This document shows, piece by piece, positions 1 through 11,989 of a stretch of DNA of 64,000 nucleotides. The DNA is taken from assembly GCA_951406725.2 (NCBI GenBank), contig OX597830.1, positions 20,584,001-20,648,000 of the forward strand, given 5' to 3'. Source of the DNA: Octopus vulgaris. Lineage: Eukaryota. Every line of letters begins with the position of its first letter. Within the stretch, counting starts at the first letter, position 1. Position numbers and translations under genes: made by a program. The notes beneath the pieces were generated by a model that was not told the origin of the DNA, did not search any database, and saw only the letters and a list, made by a program, of their open reading frames with translations.

Positions 1-934
1 TATGTATGCATGTGTGTGTACGTATGTGTGTATACATATATATATATCTATGTATGTGTGTGTACGTGTGTATGTATGCATGTATATATCTACGTATGTA
101 TGTATATATGCATATATGTATGTATGTGTGTGTATATGTGTATGTATGCATGCATATATGTATGTATGTATATATATACGTACGTACGTATATATGTATG
201 CATGTTTATATTTCTGTATGTATGTATGTATGTACATACGTACGTACGTATGTATGTATGTTAGTATGCATGTATGCATGTATATATATATGTATGTGTG
301 TACGTGTGTATGCATGCATATATGTATGTTCATATATATGCATGTATTTATGTATGTATGTATGTATGCATGCATGTGTGTGTGTGTATGTATGTATGTA
401 TGTATGTTGCATCTATGCATGTTGCATCTATGTATGTATGTATGTTGCATCTATGTATGTATGTATGTTGCATCTATGTATGTATGTATGTATGTATGTA
501 TGAATGTATGCATGTATGTATGTATATATGTATGTATGTGTGTGTGTGTGTGTGTATGCATGTATGTATATGTTAATGGGTGGATGGATACATGCATCCA
601 TGTATGCATGTATTTACGCATCATTGGATGTATATATGGACGTGTAATTGTGTGTATGCCTTTGTGAATGAATATCTATGTAGCGATGATGCTTGAATGT
701 TTTTATATAAATATTTTATATAATGCATTTATGTATGCATGAATGCATGTTTGTGTGTATGGATTTATGTATGTGTATATGTATATGTATACCTGTATGT
801 ATATATGTATGAATGTATATATGTGTGTATGTATGCAGGTAAGGATGCTTGAAGGACTATATGCATGTATGTTTGAGTGAATGTCTGTGCTGATGATTGC
901 ACAAAAAATATATACCCGTGTGTGTGTGTATGTA

Positions 935-1030
<96 letters not shown>

Positions 1031-1136
1031 CATATTTATTTATATCTGTGTGTGCATATATAGGAATATATATGCACACACAAAAAAATATATATATATT
1101 AAAATATATATATATATATATATATATTTATTTATT

Positions 1137-1210
<74 letters not shown>

Positions 1211-1340
1211 CAGAGGCAGACAAGCAGAGAAAAATAGAGAAATATATATATATATATGTATGTATCTTTGTATTTATATATATATATATGTATATTTGTA
1301 CGTATATGTGTAATGTATATATGATTATATATATATCTAT

Positions 1341-1382
<42 letters not shown>

Positions 1383-1761
1383 GTATCTTTGTATTTATAT
1401 ATATATATATTATATATTATATATATATATTTGTATGTATATGTGTAATGTATATATGATTATATATATCTACACACACACACACATATATATATATGTG
1501 TGTGTGTGTGTATGCAAATTTGTTTTTACGTGTATATGTGTACGTGCATAAGCACGCACACACACATATATATATAGATATACATATATATTTTTATATT
1601 CATATTTATATATACATGTATTTATATGTATATTTGTATTTTTGTCTATATGTATATATAGAAATTTATATATTTTTGTGCGCGTATATATATATATGTT
1701 TATGTATATATAATATTTGTGCATATACATGTGTATGTGTCCACATATATATATATTTATG

Positions 1762-1803
<42 letters not shown>

Positions 1804-1885
1804 TATATGTATATATATATATATTTATATATATATATATATATATATACATAGACATAGACACACACATATATGTAAGTATATT

Positions 1886-1936
<51 letters not shown>

Positions 1937-1945
1937 CACATACAC
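1..1945. repeat. Compound microsatellite field: degenerate (TATG)n, (TA)n, (TG)n
   Basis: Directly visible tandem di- and tetranucleotide repeats; ORFs here are YI/VC/MYVC repeat artefacts. Confidence 0.95.
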
Positions 1946-2271
1946 GTCTATACAATCCGATAAGTTGCAACACATATCCCGTTAATTTCGTTCACTCTGG
2001 GTTTTCCAAAAAGTACCAAGGCCACGTTTGCAGTTCATTCTTCCGGGTCCACAAACAGTGTACCACTCATCTCTTTTGGGGTAAATTCAACCGAAAATTA
2101 ATTCCTCCGAAAACGGTGTATCCTTGTAACCATGTTACAATCGAATGCCAACGACGTTATAAGTGTGAAAACTGTGTCTTTGGATGAATTTCAAGTAAAT
2201 ATCTGCTAAATGATGTCCGAAAAAGCTCTCCAAATATTCCACTAACTACAGCTGAGTACGGTATTGTGAGC

Positions 2272-2313
2272 GTGTATATATATACATATATATATATATA
2301 TGTGTGTGTGTAT

Positions 2314-2348
<35 letters not shown>

Positions 2349-2372
2349 AGTGTGTGTGTGTATATATATATA

Positions 2373-2463
<91 letters not shown>

Positions 2464-2898
2464 TGTTTATTTTTTTGTTCAATAGTATGTGAATAAAATA
2501 TGTATGTGTATATACCGTATGCGTGTAGTGTGTGTTTGTTGAAAATATACTTCCGTTTGTATGTGTGTGCGTGTGTGTATATGTGTGTGTGTGAATGTGT
2601 GTGTATGTTAGACGGAATATAAACCCCAGTGGAGGGGAAAATTGCCAATAGACTTAAACAACTATAGTTATGTGTATATATTGATATATTACAATCATAC
2701 ACACGCGTGGAACGTGTATACAAATATATGTAGCATAATATGTATATATATGTGCGTGTGTGTGTGTGTGTGTGTGTGTACGTGCCTGTATATCTATGCT
2801 TATACGATGGGTATACACGTGAAAAAAATCGACTCCTGATTAGATTAAACGCATTCCAATATAAATACACACAAAACCACATATAGATAAACAGAGAC

Positions 2899-2966
<68 letters not shown>

Positions 2967-3083
2967 GATTCTATAAATAATGATGTATGCATATGCATAA
3001 GATGTGTATATATCTATATATGTATATATATATACATATATATATATGTATATATATATGCAATACATATGATTAATATATGC

Positions 3084-3128
<45 letters not shown>

Positions 3129-3276
3129 CATACATATACATATGTGCTTATATATGTCTATATATATACATATATATATATGTATATGTATATATATGTT
3201 TATTTATATATATATATATATGTTTATATATATATATGTATATATATATATACATGCGTGTATGTATATATATGTA

Positions 3277-3335
<59 letters not shown>

Positions 3336-3400
3336 TTATGTATGTTTAAATATACATTTGTGTGAATGCATGTCTGTTTACATGTATGTATCTTATATAC
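2272..3400. repeat. Compound microsatellites (TG)n, (TA)n, (GATA)n
   Basis: Visible tandem repeats with short unique spacers. Confidence 0.9.
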
Positions 3401-3670
3401 TTCGATTGAGACATTATCACTGAACCAAAGTCGCTGTACAGAGTTTTACCTTTTGTTTCAAAAATTGTTTTTCTCGGCATAGTTTGGTGGTTTTCTTTCT
3501 TCTCATATAGTTATCATTATTGTTTTTCCCTTTTTTAATGATATTCATAATGATAAAGAGGATGCTGTCGTAGGTGCTATCCTTTATTTAGCAGATCTGT
3601 TCTAAATCAACAGACTTATGGTCTATGTCCTTCGTCTTTTGACCAATTACCTTAAATACACACACACATA

Positions 3671-3732
<62 letters not shown>

Positions 3733-3871
3733 AGTGTGTGAGTGTGTATAGTTAAATTCGAGGAAGTTATAACCTCGTTAGGGATTACATAATCCAAGCT
3801 GGTTAATCTCCTTCATGTAACGCGGACGCTAGAAGTATATGCTCGGGATTAATGAAATTGTATATATTGAC

Positions 3872-4157
3872 GGAAAGGAAAATGATAAAAAATGGCTAGA
3901 TGAATAATTTATTTGTTTGTTATAAAATGTTGAAAATTTATTTTAATAAACTTAACGATACAAATAAATTGATCACAAGTTTTAAAGCTCGAAAAAAAAT
4001 AAAATTAAATAATTTTATTTTATATTATTTTTTCGAGATTTGCAACTTGTAATCAATTTATTTGTACCGTTATCTTTTTTAAACGAAATTTTCAACATTT
4101 TATAACATACAAAGAAATTATTCATACATCCATTTTTCTCCATTTTCTCTTCCTTCC
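3872..4157. repeat. AT-rich fold-back (imperfect palindrome, ~140 bp arms)
   Basis: 3872-4010 matches the reverse complement of 4016-4157 (e.g. GTTATAAAATGTTGAAAATTT / AAATTTTCAACATTTTATAAC). Confidence 0.85.
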
Positions 4158-4159
4158 AT

Positions 4160-4246
<87 letters not shown>

Positions 4247-4247
4247 T

Positions 4248-4288
<41 letters not shown>

Positions 4289-4306
4289 TAGACAGACAGA
4301 CAGATA

Positions 4307-5520
4307 AGTTTCTTTATTGGCCAGACAGGGCTGCACACAGATGGGACAAGTTACAAGGTAGAGCTTTTCTTTTGGGGGATGAAGAGAACAAAAAACAAAA
4401 GAAAAAAAAGTGGGGGTGGCGTAGGTTTTCGATCAAGAGGGATCGTAAAAGGGAAGAAAAGAACAAAAACAAAACAAAAAAATTGAATAAAATAAAAAGA
4501 ATAAAAAGAAAAAAAAGAAAAGGAAAAGGAACAAAAGGAAAGAGAAATGAAAAAAGAAGAAGAAAGGGGAAAAAAAGGGGAAGAGGAAAAAAAAAAGAAC
4601 GATCAATAGGGATCGTGTATCACAGTGTTATGATATATGGTGTAAAGGGAAAGCAAGTAAGGTTTATCCGTGGGAAGAAAAGCCTACGAAAAAGACCACG
4701 GTAACCTTGGTCAATATTGTTATATGTTACCACATTTGTTTGCAAGTGGGTAACCCTCTGTTTTCAATTTCTGGGTTCATAGGATTATGCTCAAGGTGGC
4801 TTCGTCATTCATACGTGCCATCCTTGCTACATTCACCCATCTTTTTTTAAAACATTCGCTAGACAAAACTTGCCTCTCTACTCTCACTTTCCTTTTCAAG
4901 TGGTACTTGAAGAAGTTGATGAGAGATTGACCAAAGAGGAAAGTGTTTGTCTCCAATCCTTTCAGACGCGTCCACCAGATACATTCTTTCGCCATAGCCA
5001 CAAGGATGATGAAAATAGCTCTTCCTTCCCGTTTGAAGGAGGGAGGCGTGACAATATTAACGATAGACTCAGCTGATAAACCGACTCGTCCCACACGTGA
5101 CAGCAGTTGTTCGACACAAGCCCACAGGTCGGAAATTGTTGGACACTGCACGAGTGCGTGCAGAACGGTTTCGTCGCTCTGACCGCATCTCGGGCAGGTC
5201 GGCCCCGTGTTTCTCGAGCCGTGTCTGTAGAGCTTATCCCGAACGGGTAGCGCTTCTCGGTAGCACTGCCAGGCCAGGGATCTCTGGAAGTTGTCCATGG
5301 GCCCTGGCCCGAAAGTCGTCCTGAACAGGCGGGTCAGGTACTCCTCGTCGACGTCCAGGTTCGCCCCGAGCTCGTCGTCGTACCTCCCTCCACTAATCCC
5401 CTATAGAATGCTTTGGTTGTGTTGAAGTCACTCAAGGTCGACCCGGGACGGCAGAGTTGCTTGAGAGCAACGCGACACTCGCGGTGCCAATCGCCCTTCC
5501 TCGGCCTCTTTTTGATCCGA
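4307..5520 (-). mobile_element. 5'-truncated Tx1/L1-clade LINE 3' end (ORF2 C-terminus with zf-RVT, 3'UTR, AATAAA)
   Basis: Minus ORF 5298-4777 contains WQCYREALPVRDKL..CPRCGQSDETVLHALVQC (CCHC zf-RVT); frame continues upstream across a 1-bp frameshift (TKAFYRGLVE); pyrimidine-rich 3'UTR; AATAAA at 4318-4313; flanked by (GATA/GACA)n on both sides. Confidence 0.85.
4777..5519 (-). pseudogene. LINE ORF2 C-terminal fragment (zinc-binding domain of reverse transcriptase), frameshifted near 5385
   Basis: CxxC..H....C motif; high GC relative to flanks. Confidence 0.8.
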
Positions 5521-5521
5521 C

Positions 5522-5590
<69 letters not shown>

Positions 5591-5630
5591 TATAGATAGA
5601 TAGATAGATTACGCATAGACATTCGAGACT

Positions 5631-5705
5631 AATAACCTAGTATAGAGGTCAATATAATAACCTAGTATAGAGATCAATAATAACCTAGTATAGAGGTCAA
5701 TATAA
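5631..5705. repeat. Short tandem repeat, 3 copies of ~23-25 bp (AATAACCTAGTATAGAGRTCAAT)
   Basis: Directly visible. Confidence 0.85.
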
Positions 5706-5849
5706 ACATGCTTCAGAACGAAGCATTAGTTGAGTCCAGAGTGATAATAAAATGTAATGACAAAGAAATAAGCGATTACCATATGAACTTCAAGATAATT
5801 TTTTATTCCTTTGTCACACAGACACTCACACACACACACACACACACAC

Positions 5850-6113
5850 ATATGTATGCATGTATGTAAGTATGTATGCAAGTATGTATATATATGTATG
5901 TATGTATGTATGAATGTATGTATGTATGTATGTATGTATGAATGTATGTATGTATGTATGTATGTATGTATGTATGTATGTATGTATGTATGTATGTATG
6001 TATGTATGTATGAATGTATGTATGTATGTATGTATGTATGTATGAATGTATGTATGTATGAATGTATGTATGTATGTATGTATGTATGTATGTATGTATG
6101 TATGCAAGTATGC

Positions 6114-6144
<31 letters not shown>

Positions 6145-6264
6145 TGTATGTATGTATGTATGTATGTATGTATGTATGTATGTATGTATGAATGTATGTA
6201 TGTATGTATGTATGTATGTATATATGTATATGTATGTATGTATGTATGTATGTATGCAAGTATG

Positions 6265-6299
<35 letters not shown>

Positions 6300-6440
6300 G
6301 TGAATGTATGTATGTATGTATGTATGTATGTATGTGTATGCATGTATGTATGAATGTATGTATGTATGTATGTATGTATGAATGTATGTATGTATGTATG
6401 TACGTGTGCATGTATGTATGTATGTATGTATGTATGTATT
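5850..6440. repeat. (TATG)n microsatellite
   Basis: Directly visible. Confidence 0.95.
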
Positions 6441-6635
6441 CATAATATATAGGACGACATTGTATGATCTATCACAGTGTTAAAACATCTGGTATTCCTA
6501 GCACCTGTGTTAAGGTTGCGCCATGTTGGTTCTTCAATACGGCATTTGAACTATTTGATGTGTTATGCTCCTGGTTATTCTTGTATGGCATTTCTCTGGT
6601 ATCAATGCAACGTATTCTACTCTGGTCTCCTTTCT

Positions 6636-6892
6636 GTGCCCTTTTCAAGCCTGGCCAGTCACATGGGCCCAGTTTCCCAGTTTCTATGGCGTATGCGTTC
6701 CCGCCAGTTGGACAGGACGCCATTCCATCGCAGCGTTACTCAAGAAACAGGAAGAAAGAATGAGAGAAAGTTGGGGCGTAAGAGTACAACATGGGTCGCC
6801 ACCATCCCCTGCCGGAGCCTCGTGGAGCTTTTAGGTGTTTTCGCTCAATAAACACATGCAACGCCCGGTCTGAGAATCGAAACCGCGATCCT
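6636..6892 (-). mobile_element. tRNA-derived SINE, head type H1 + tail X (5'-truncated)
   Basis: Minus strand GATCGCGGTTTCGATTCTCAGACCGGGCG (B-box) matches the 36735 copy; tail GAGTAACGCTGCGATGG..AAAAGGGC matches the 33553 copy. Confidence 0.8.
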
Positions 6893-6949
6893 CCCACCAC
6901 GTTCTACTCTGGTACCAGAGTAATAAATTCAAGCCTAGTGCGAATGTGA

Positions 6950-7140
6950 CGTATTCTAGGTTGGTGCTAATGTAGCATGTTCTAGGTTGGTGCTAATGTA
7001 ATATTTTCTAGTTTGGTGCCAATGAAAATATTTTTACCTGGTAAGATATTCTAGTCTAGTGTCAGCGTTATATTTTTCTTACCTGATGAGATCTCCTAGC
7101 CCGGTTCCAACCAAACATTCTTCAGACTGATGCCAATGAA
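6950..7140. repeat. Degenerate ~27-bp minisatellite (TTCTAGGTTGGTGCTAATGTA-like)
   Basis: TTCTAGGTTGGTGCTAATGTA occurs twice exactly, then decays; related units continue after the MITE (~7586-7630). Confidence 0.65.
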
Positions 7141-7150
7141 CCAATGTTTC

Positions 7151-7573
7151 GGATCTTTTCGGTTTGAACGGCAGTTTTTTTCTAGCGGTGTCATATGAAA
7201 TTGTCACCCATAATTATGACCCTAGTATCGATCTATTGCATTTCAATCTGTTTTAGGTTTAGGGTTAGTTAGGGTTAGGGCTGGGGGGAAGGGTATCTTT
7301 TTTTCTTCACAAATGTAAATAAACCCAATCTGTTTCTTAAACGAGGGACATATTCATATGGCACAGAATGTCTTTACCGCATTAGACGTCAGTGATTGGT
7401 TGAAATTGCAGAAATTGAAGAAAAAAACAAATATCTTACAAACTATAGAATTTTCTTAATAAAGCCAAGAGAAAAAGATGTTTTATAAACACATTCTACC
7501 AGTATAGGAAGTTTAAATTTTTTTAGTTACCTAGAAATTATGCTAAAAACTGCCGTTCAAACCGAAAAGATCC
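7151..7573. mobile_element. MITE, 423 bp, perfect 29-bp TIRs, 8-bp TSD
   Basis: TIR GGATCTTTTCGGTTTGAACGGCAGTTTTT (7151-7179) and its reverse complement (7545-7573); TSD AATGTTTC at 7143-7150 and 7574-7581. Confidence 0.92.
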
Positions 7574-8058
7574 AATGTTTCATACTATAGATTGGTACCA
7601 ATGTCACATACCCGAGTCTGATGTCAGTATAACAAAATTCCTGCTCTATATTCTTGAAATGCATTCTAACAAGCGGCTAATTTAAACTGTTTCCATCCTG
7701 GCACTAACGTAACCGTTTCTCACTGCGTGACGATGTAACAAATCAATACGTCTCGCGAAAAAATTATTTGCGCGTTGGAACGATAAGAAAAAAATGTCGA
7801 ACTTGCAGTATTTTGTTACTTTTCGAAAGGTTCTGAGTTCAAATCCCGTTGGGGTTTGACTTCGCATTATATAACCGTCTTTTTGGATAAACTAAAATAA
7901 CAGGGATGTACAACATTTTTTAGATGCGCGGTAGATTGATGATTATTTTCTAGAAAGCTGTTTGTGATGGGATTTCGACCTTTGATTGATCTCTGGATGC
8001 ATTTCGATATTTATTCGTTGGTTTTGGCAATTGATATCTTTCACTTGTTCTCTCTTTA

Positions 8059-8611
8059 CAAGGACGGGTTGAAAAGTTCATAGGCTGACTATGAAGGAGT
8101 GAGGCTAGAGCTATGAAATCTTGCATGCATTAATTTCAACACTTATTTTTAGTAACTGCATTGCTTCGTTCCAGATAAACTGATATCTGACTGTTCCGAA
8201 AGGCTATCAAGACAAAAAGCCCAGGAAAACTGACGAAGTGGGGGGTCATGTTTCGTCAGGACAATGCTTCAGCACACAAAACCTTGGCTTCAATGGCTGT
8301 TGTGCGTGACTGTAGCTTTGAAGTGGTTGATCTCCCTCACTACTCTCCTGATTTGGCCCCATCTGGCTATCATCTGTTCCCCAACATGACAAAACATTTC
8401 GCTGGAGCCGAGTATCGCAATGATGATGACGTTATATCTACTCTTGAAAACCTTTTGTTTTTTTAACAACAGGTTGAAACCTTCTCCGCCAATGGGATCC
8501 AAACACTGCAACAACGATGGAAGAAGTGTGTGGACCACATGAGGAACTAAGCTGAAAAATAAAACCTCATTTGGTCATATTCTATAACAATATCTTTTCA
8601 TTCGACTCTCG
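8059..8611 (+). mobile_element. Internally deleted mariner element with transposase C-terminal relic
   Basis: ORF 8248-8466 has QDNASAH and PHYSPDLAPSGYHLF (mariner YSPDLAPSD motif, D>G), then LQQRWKKCVD; degenerate TIRs flanked by TA at 8057-8058 and 8612-8613. Confidence 0.82.
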
Positions 8612-8636
8612 TAGTATTTTAAAAAAATATTTTTAA

Positions 8637-9228
8637 GGGGGCGAACTAGCAGAAACGTTAGCACGCCGGGCGAAATGCTTAGCGGTATTTCGTATGCCGT
8701 TACGTCCTGAGTTCAAATTCTGCCGAGATCGACTTTGCCTTTCATCCTTCCGGGATCGATAAATTAGGTACCAGTTACGCACTAGGGTCGATGTAATCCA
8801 CTTAATACCTATGCCTGTCCTTGTTTGTCTCCTCTATGTTTAGCCCCTTGTGGGTAGTAAAGAAACAGGTATTTCATCTGCCGTTCCGCTCTGAGTTCAA
8901 ATTCCGCCGAGGTCGACTTTGCCTTTCATCCTTTCGGGGTCGATTAAATAAGTACCAGTTACGCACTGGGGTCGATGTAATAGACTTAATCCGCTTATCT
9001 GTCCTTGTTTGTCCCCTCTGTGTTTACCCCCTTGTGGATAGTAAATAAATAGGTATTTCGTTACTATGTCTTGAGTTCAAATACCGCCGAGGTCGACTTT
9101 GCCTTTCATCCCTTCGTGATCGATAAATTAAGTACCATTTACGCACTGGGATCGATGTAATCGACTTAATCCCTTTGTCTGTCCTTGTTTGTCCACTCTA
9201 TGTTTAGCCCCTTGTGGGCAATAAAAAA
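8637..9228 (+). mobile_element. SINE family A (tail A1), three head-to-tail units
   Basis: Repeated GAGTTCAAATTCCGCCGAGGTCGACTTTGCCTTTCATCC (B-box-like) and tail TGTCCTTGTTTGTCC..TTAGCCCCTTGTGGG. Confidence 0.9.
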
Positions 9229-9609
9229 ATACGTATTTTTTCATATATTCATAGAAACACGGAACAAGGTAACCTCCCCTCACCCCACTCACCCCCATAA
9301 AATCCAGTTTTAGGTCCCATGAGTGTTTTAATCTATTTCCAATCAAGGAATCGATGAAGCCCACAACATGTTGTTTACTCCAGCCGCGGTTAAGAATTAA
9401 AGCTCTTATGCTTTCATATGACATCAATAATTCTGATAAGATTTATAAAAAAACTGGATAAAACACAGAACTAAATGCATTTACATTGTTAGTGTCTTGT
9501 GCCCATCCAGATCGATTTTATTGATTAACGTCATTCTCCAAATTTCAGTCATTTTGGCTCTGTTAGAAACAATTTTTACGCTTTTGCCCGAAATGGGTTC
9601 TGAATAACC

Positions 9610-9795
<186 letters not shown>

Positions 9796-9796
<1 letters not shown>

Positions 9797-9897
9797 CCTA
9801 GTGTACCCTTATCAAACGGGTGGTGATGATGGGTATACTGGGCTTCATATATTTTACCCCACTGTCACTTTGATGGCATGCACAGCTCTCTCACTCA
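9796..9897 (+). mobile_element. Family D retroposon, short 3' fragment
   Basis: Matches the 3' end of the 11394-11929 copy (..GTCACTTTGATGGCATG..CTCTCACTC then (AAT)n). Confidence 0.85.
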
Positions 9898-9918
9898 ATA
9901 ATATTAATAATAATAATT

Positions 9919-10284
9919 GAGAAAGAAAACAAACTATGCTGGATCATAGATATAGCATGCCCAGCTGACATGCGATAAGGAAGAAAGAAAAGTCGATATA
10001 TATGACAGGTTAGCTTGGGAGGTTAAGCAGTTGTGGTCGGTGAAAATGGTGGTAGTAGTACCAATAATTGTCGGAGCCCTGGGAACAGTATGTAAAAACC
10101 TTGAGAAGTAATTGGAACAAATAGGGGCTGCAATAAGGGTGGAGCACTTGCAGAAAACAGCACTGCTTGGAACCGCTCGAATACTCCGGAAGGTGCTCGA
10201 AAAACAAGAGGTGTTACCTTAGTTCACTGGTAGTGAACAGCTGACACCGTAGTACATCTCCAGCGTTAGAAGCTGTGCAAAAGC
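9919..10284 (+). mobile_element. R4/Dong-clade non-LTR retrotransposon 3' end (restriction-like endonuclease relic)
   Basis: Manual translation: CWIIDIACPAD../KEERKVDIYDRLAWEVKQLW..VVPIIVGALG..*LEQIG..LQKTALLGTARILRKVL, typical R4/Dong RLE C-terminus; (AAT)n on both sides. Confidence 0.85.
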
Positions 10285-10337
<53 letters not shown>

Positions 10338-10534
10338 TAGAAGAAGAAGAAGAAGAAGAAGAAGAAGAAGAAGAAGAAGAAGAAGAAGAAGAAGAAGAAG
10401 AAGAAGAAGAAGAAGAATGCCTGAAATCTGGAGGAGGATGTTCGTGACTTGGAAAGGATGTTAACCTCGGAGAGATTAGAACACGGATCGTAAAGAGCAG
10501 GAAGAAAAAAACTGCAAATCATTTCTTGCAACAC

Positions 10535-10615
<81 letters not shown>

Positions 10616-10639
10616 TATTATTATTATTATTATTATTAT

Positions 10640-10973
10640 TGAGTGAGAGAGCAGTGCATGCCATCAAAGTGACACTGGGGTAAAATATACGAAGCCCAAT
10701 ATACCCATCATGACTACTCGTCTGATAAATGTACACCAGGCACATGCATCACAACCATATGTGCGCGACATGGTGATCTCATATCAAGATAAACAGCACA
10801 TGACCTTGCAGGTGGGGCCCAGTTAGAATTTTCTTCAGGTTGAGTAACCCATCCCGCTCAAAAGGTCCCTGAATAAGGGTTGTTTAAGGATGTTGAAAGA
10901 ACCACCCATGTTTCCAGAGGTGAATTATTCAAACCGCAAATAATCCCTCTCAACACATGGCTATGATGCTCCC
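10640..10973 (-). mobile_element. Family D retroposon, 5'-truncated
   Basis: Reverse complement of the 3' part of 11394-11929; flanked by (TTA)n on both sides. Confidence 0.88.
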
Positions 10974-10990
10974 TTATTATTATAATAATA

Positions 10991-11040
<50 letters not shown>

Positions 11041-11052
11041 CATTATTATTTC

Positions 11053-11242
11053 TACTCTAGGCACAAGGCTTTGAAAATTTTGAGAGAAGGGGGCTCAATG
11101 CGACCCCAATGCGTAACTAGTACTTATTTAATCGACAACGAAAGTATGAAAGGCAATGTCGACCTCGGCGGAATTTGAACTCAGAACGAAGCGGTAGACG
11201 AAATACCGTCAAGCGTTTCGCCCGGCGTGCTAACGTTTCTGC
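11053..11242 (-). mobile_element. SINE family A (tail A2)
   Basis: GTCGACCTCGGCGGAATTTGAACTCAGAACG..CCCGGCGTGCTAACGTTTCTGC is the reverse complement of family A. Confidence 0.85.
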
Positions 11243-11269
11243 TTTTGCCCGAAATAGGTTCTGAATAAC

Positions 11270-11302
<33 letters not shown>

Positions 11303-11307
11303 TAACG

Positions 11308-11393
<86 letters not shown>

Positions 11394-11929
11394 CGGTGGT
11401 TCTCGTGGCTTCTCATCTTAACTGGTTGGAAGTGTTATCATGTACATTGTTTTGTCTTGGTGTAAAAGATGGGCTACAGCAAATATTCTGCTCAATACCA
11501 CAGATTTGCTTGTCAGTTGTTTGACCCTAACCAGTTGAGCCTGTCCCTTAGTGGCTGACGATATGTGCATCTCTGATCACGAGCAGAAGTAGTTGGGGAG
11601 CATCATAGCCATGTGTTGAGAGGAATTCTTTAGGGTTTGAATAATTCGCCTTTGGAAACAGGGGTGTTTCGTTCAACATCTTTAAACAACCCTTATTCAG
11701 GGACCTTTTGAGCGGGATGGGTTACTCGACCTGAAGAAAATTCTAACTGGACCCCACCTGCATGTCATGTGCTATTTATCTTGATATGAGATCACCATGT
11801 CGCGCACATATGGTTGTGATGCATGTGCCTGGTGTACCCTTGTCAGACGGGGGTAGTCATGATGGGTATATTGGGCTTCGTATATTTTACCCCAGTGTCA
11901 CTTTGATGGCATGAACTGTTCTCTCACTC
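11394..11929 (+). mobile_element. Family D retroposon, apparently full length (~535 bp), embedded in (AAT)n
   Basis: Collinear with the 63393-63925 copy; no tRNA boxes or recognisable ORF seen. Confidence 0.85.

Positions 11930-11989
<60 letters not shown>

Noticed and set aside
1960-2270. Unique stretch as a possible exon
   Set aside because: No convincing frame or splice pair; part resembles a very decayed SINE A
2-3423. Numerous long ORFs ([12 protein letters not shown])
   Set aside because: Translations of (TA)n, (TATG)n and (TG)n microsatellites that lack stops by composition; the same applies to most of the ORF track
4372-4704. Lys/Arg-rich 110-aa ORF resembling a protamine
   Set aside because: Antisense reading of the pyrimidine-rich LINE 3'UTR
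5631-5705. Short direct repeats as CRISPR-like
   Set aside because: No unique spacers, eukaryotic context, no cas genes
7253-7293. Telomere or telomere fusion
   Set aside because: Only a few imperfect TTAGGG units, internal to a MITE
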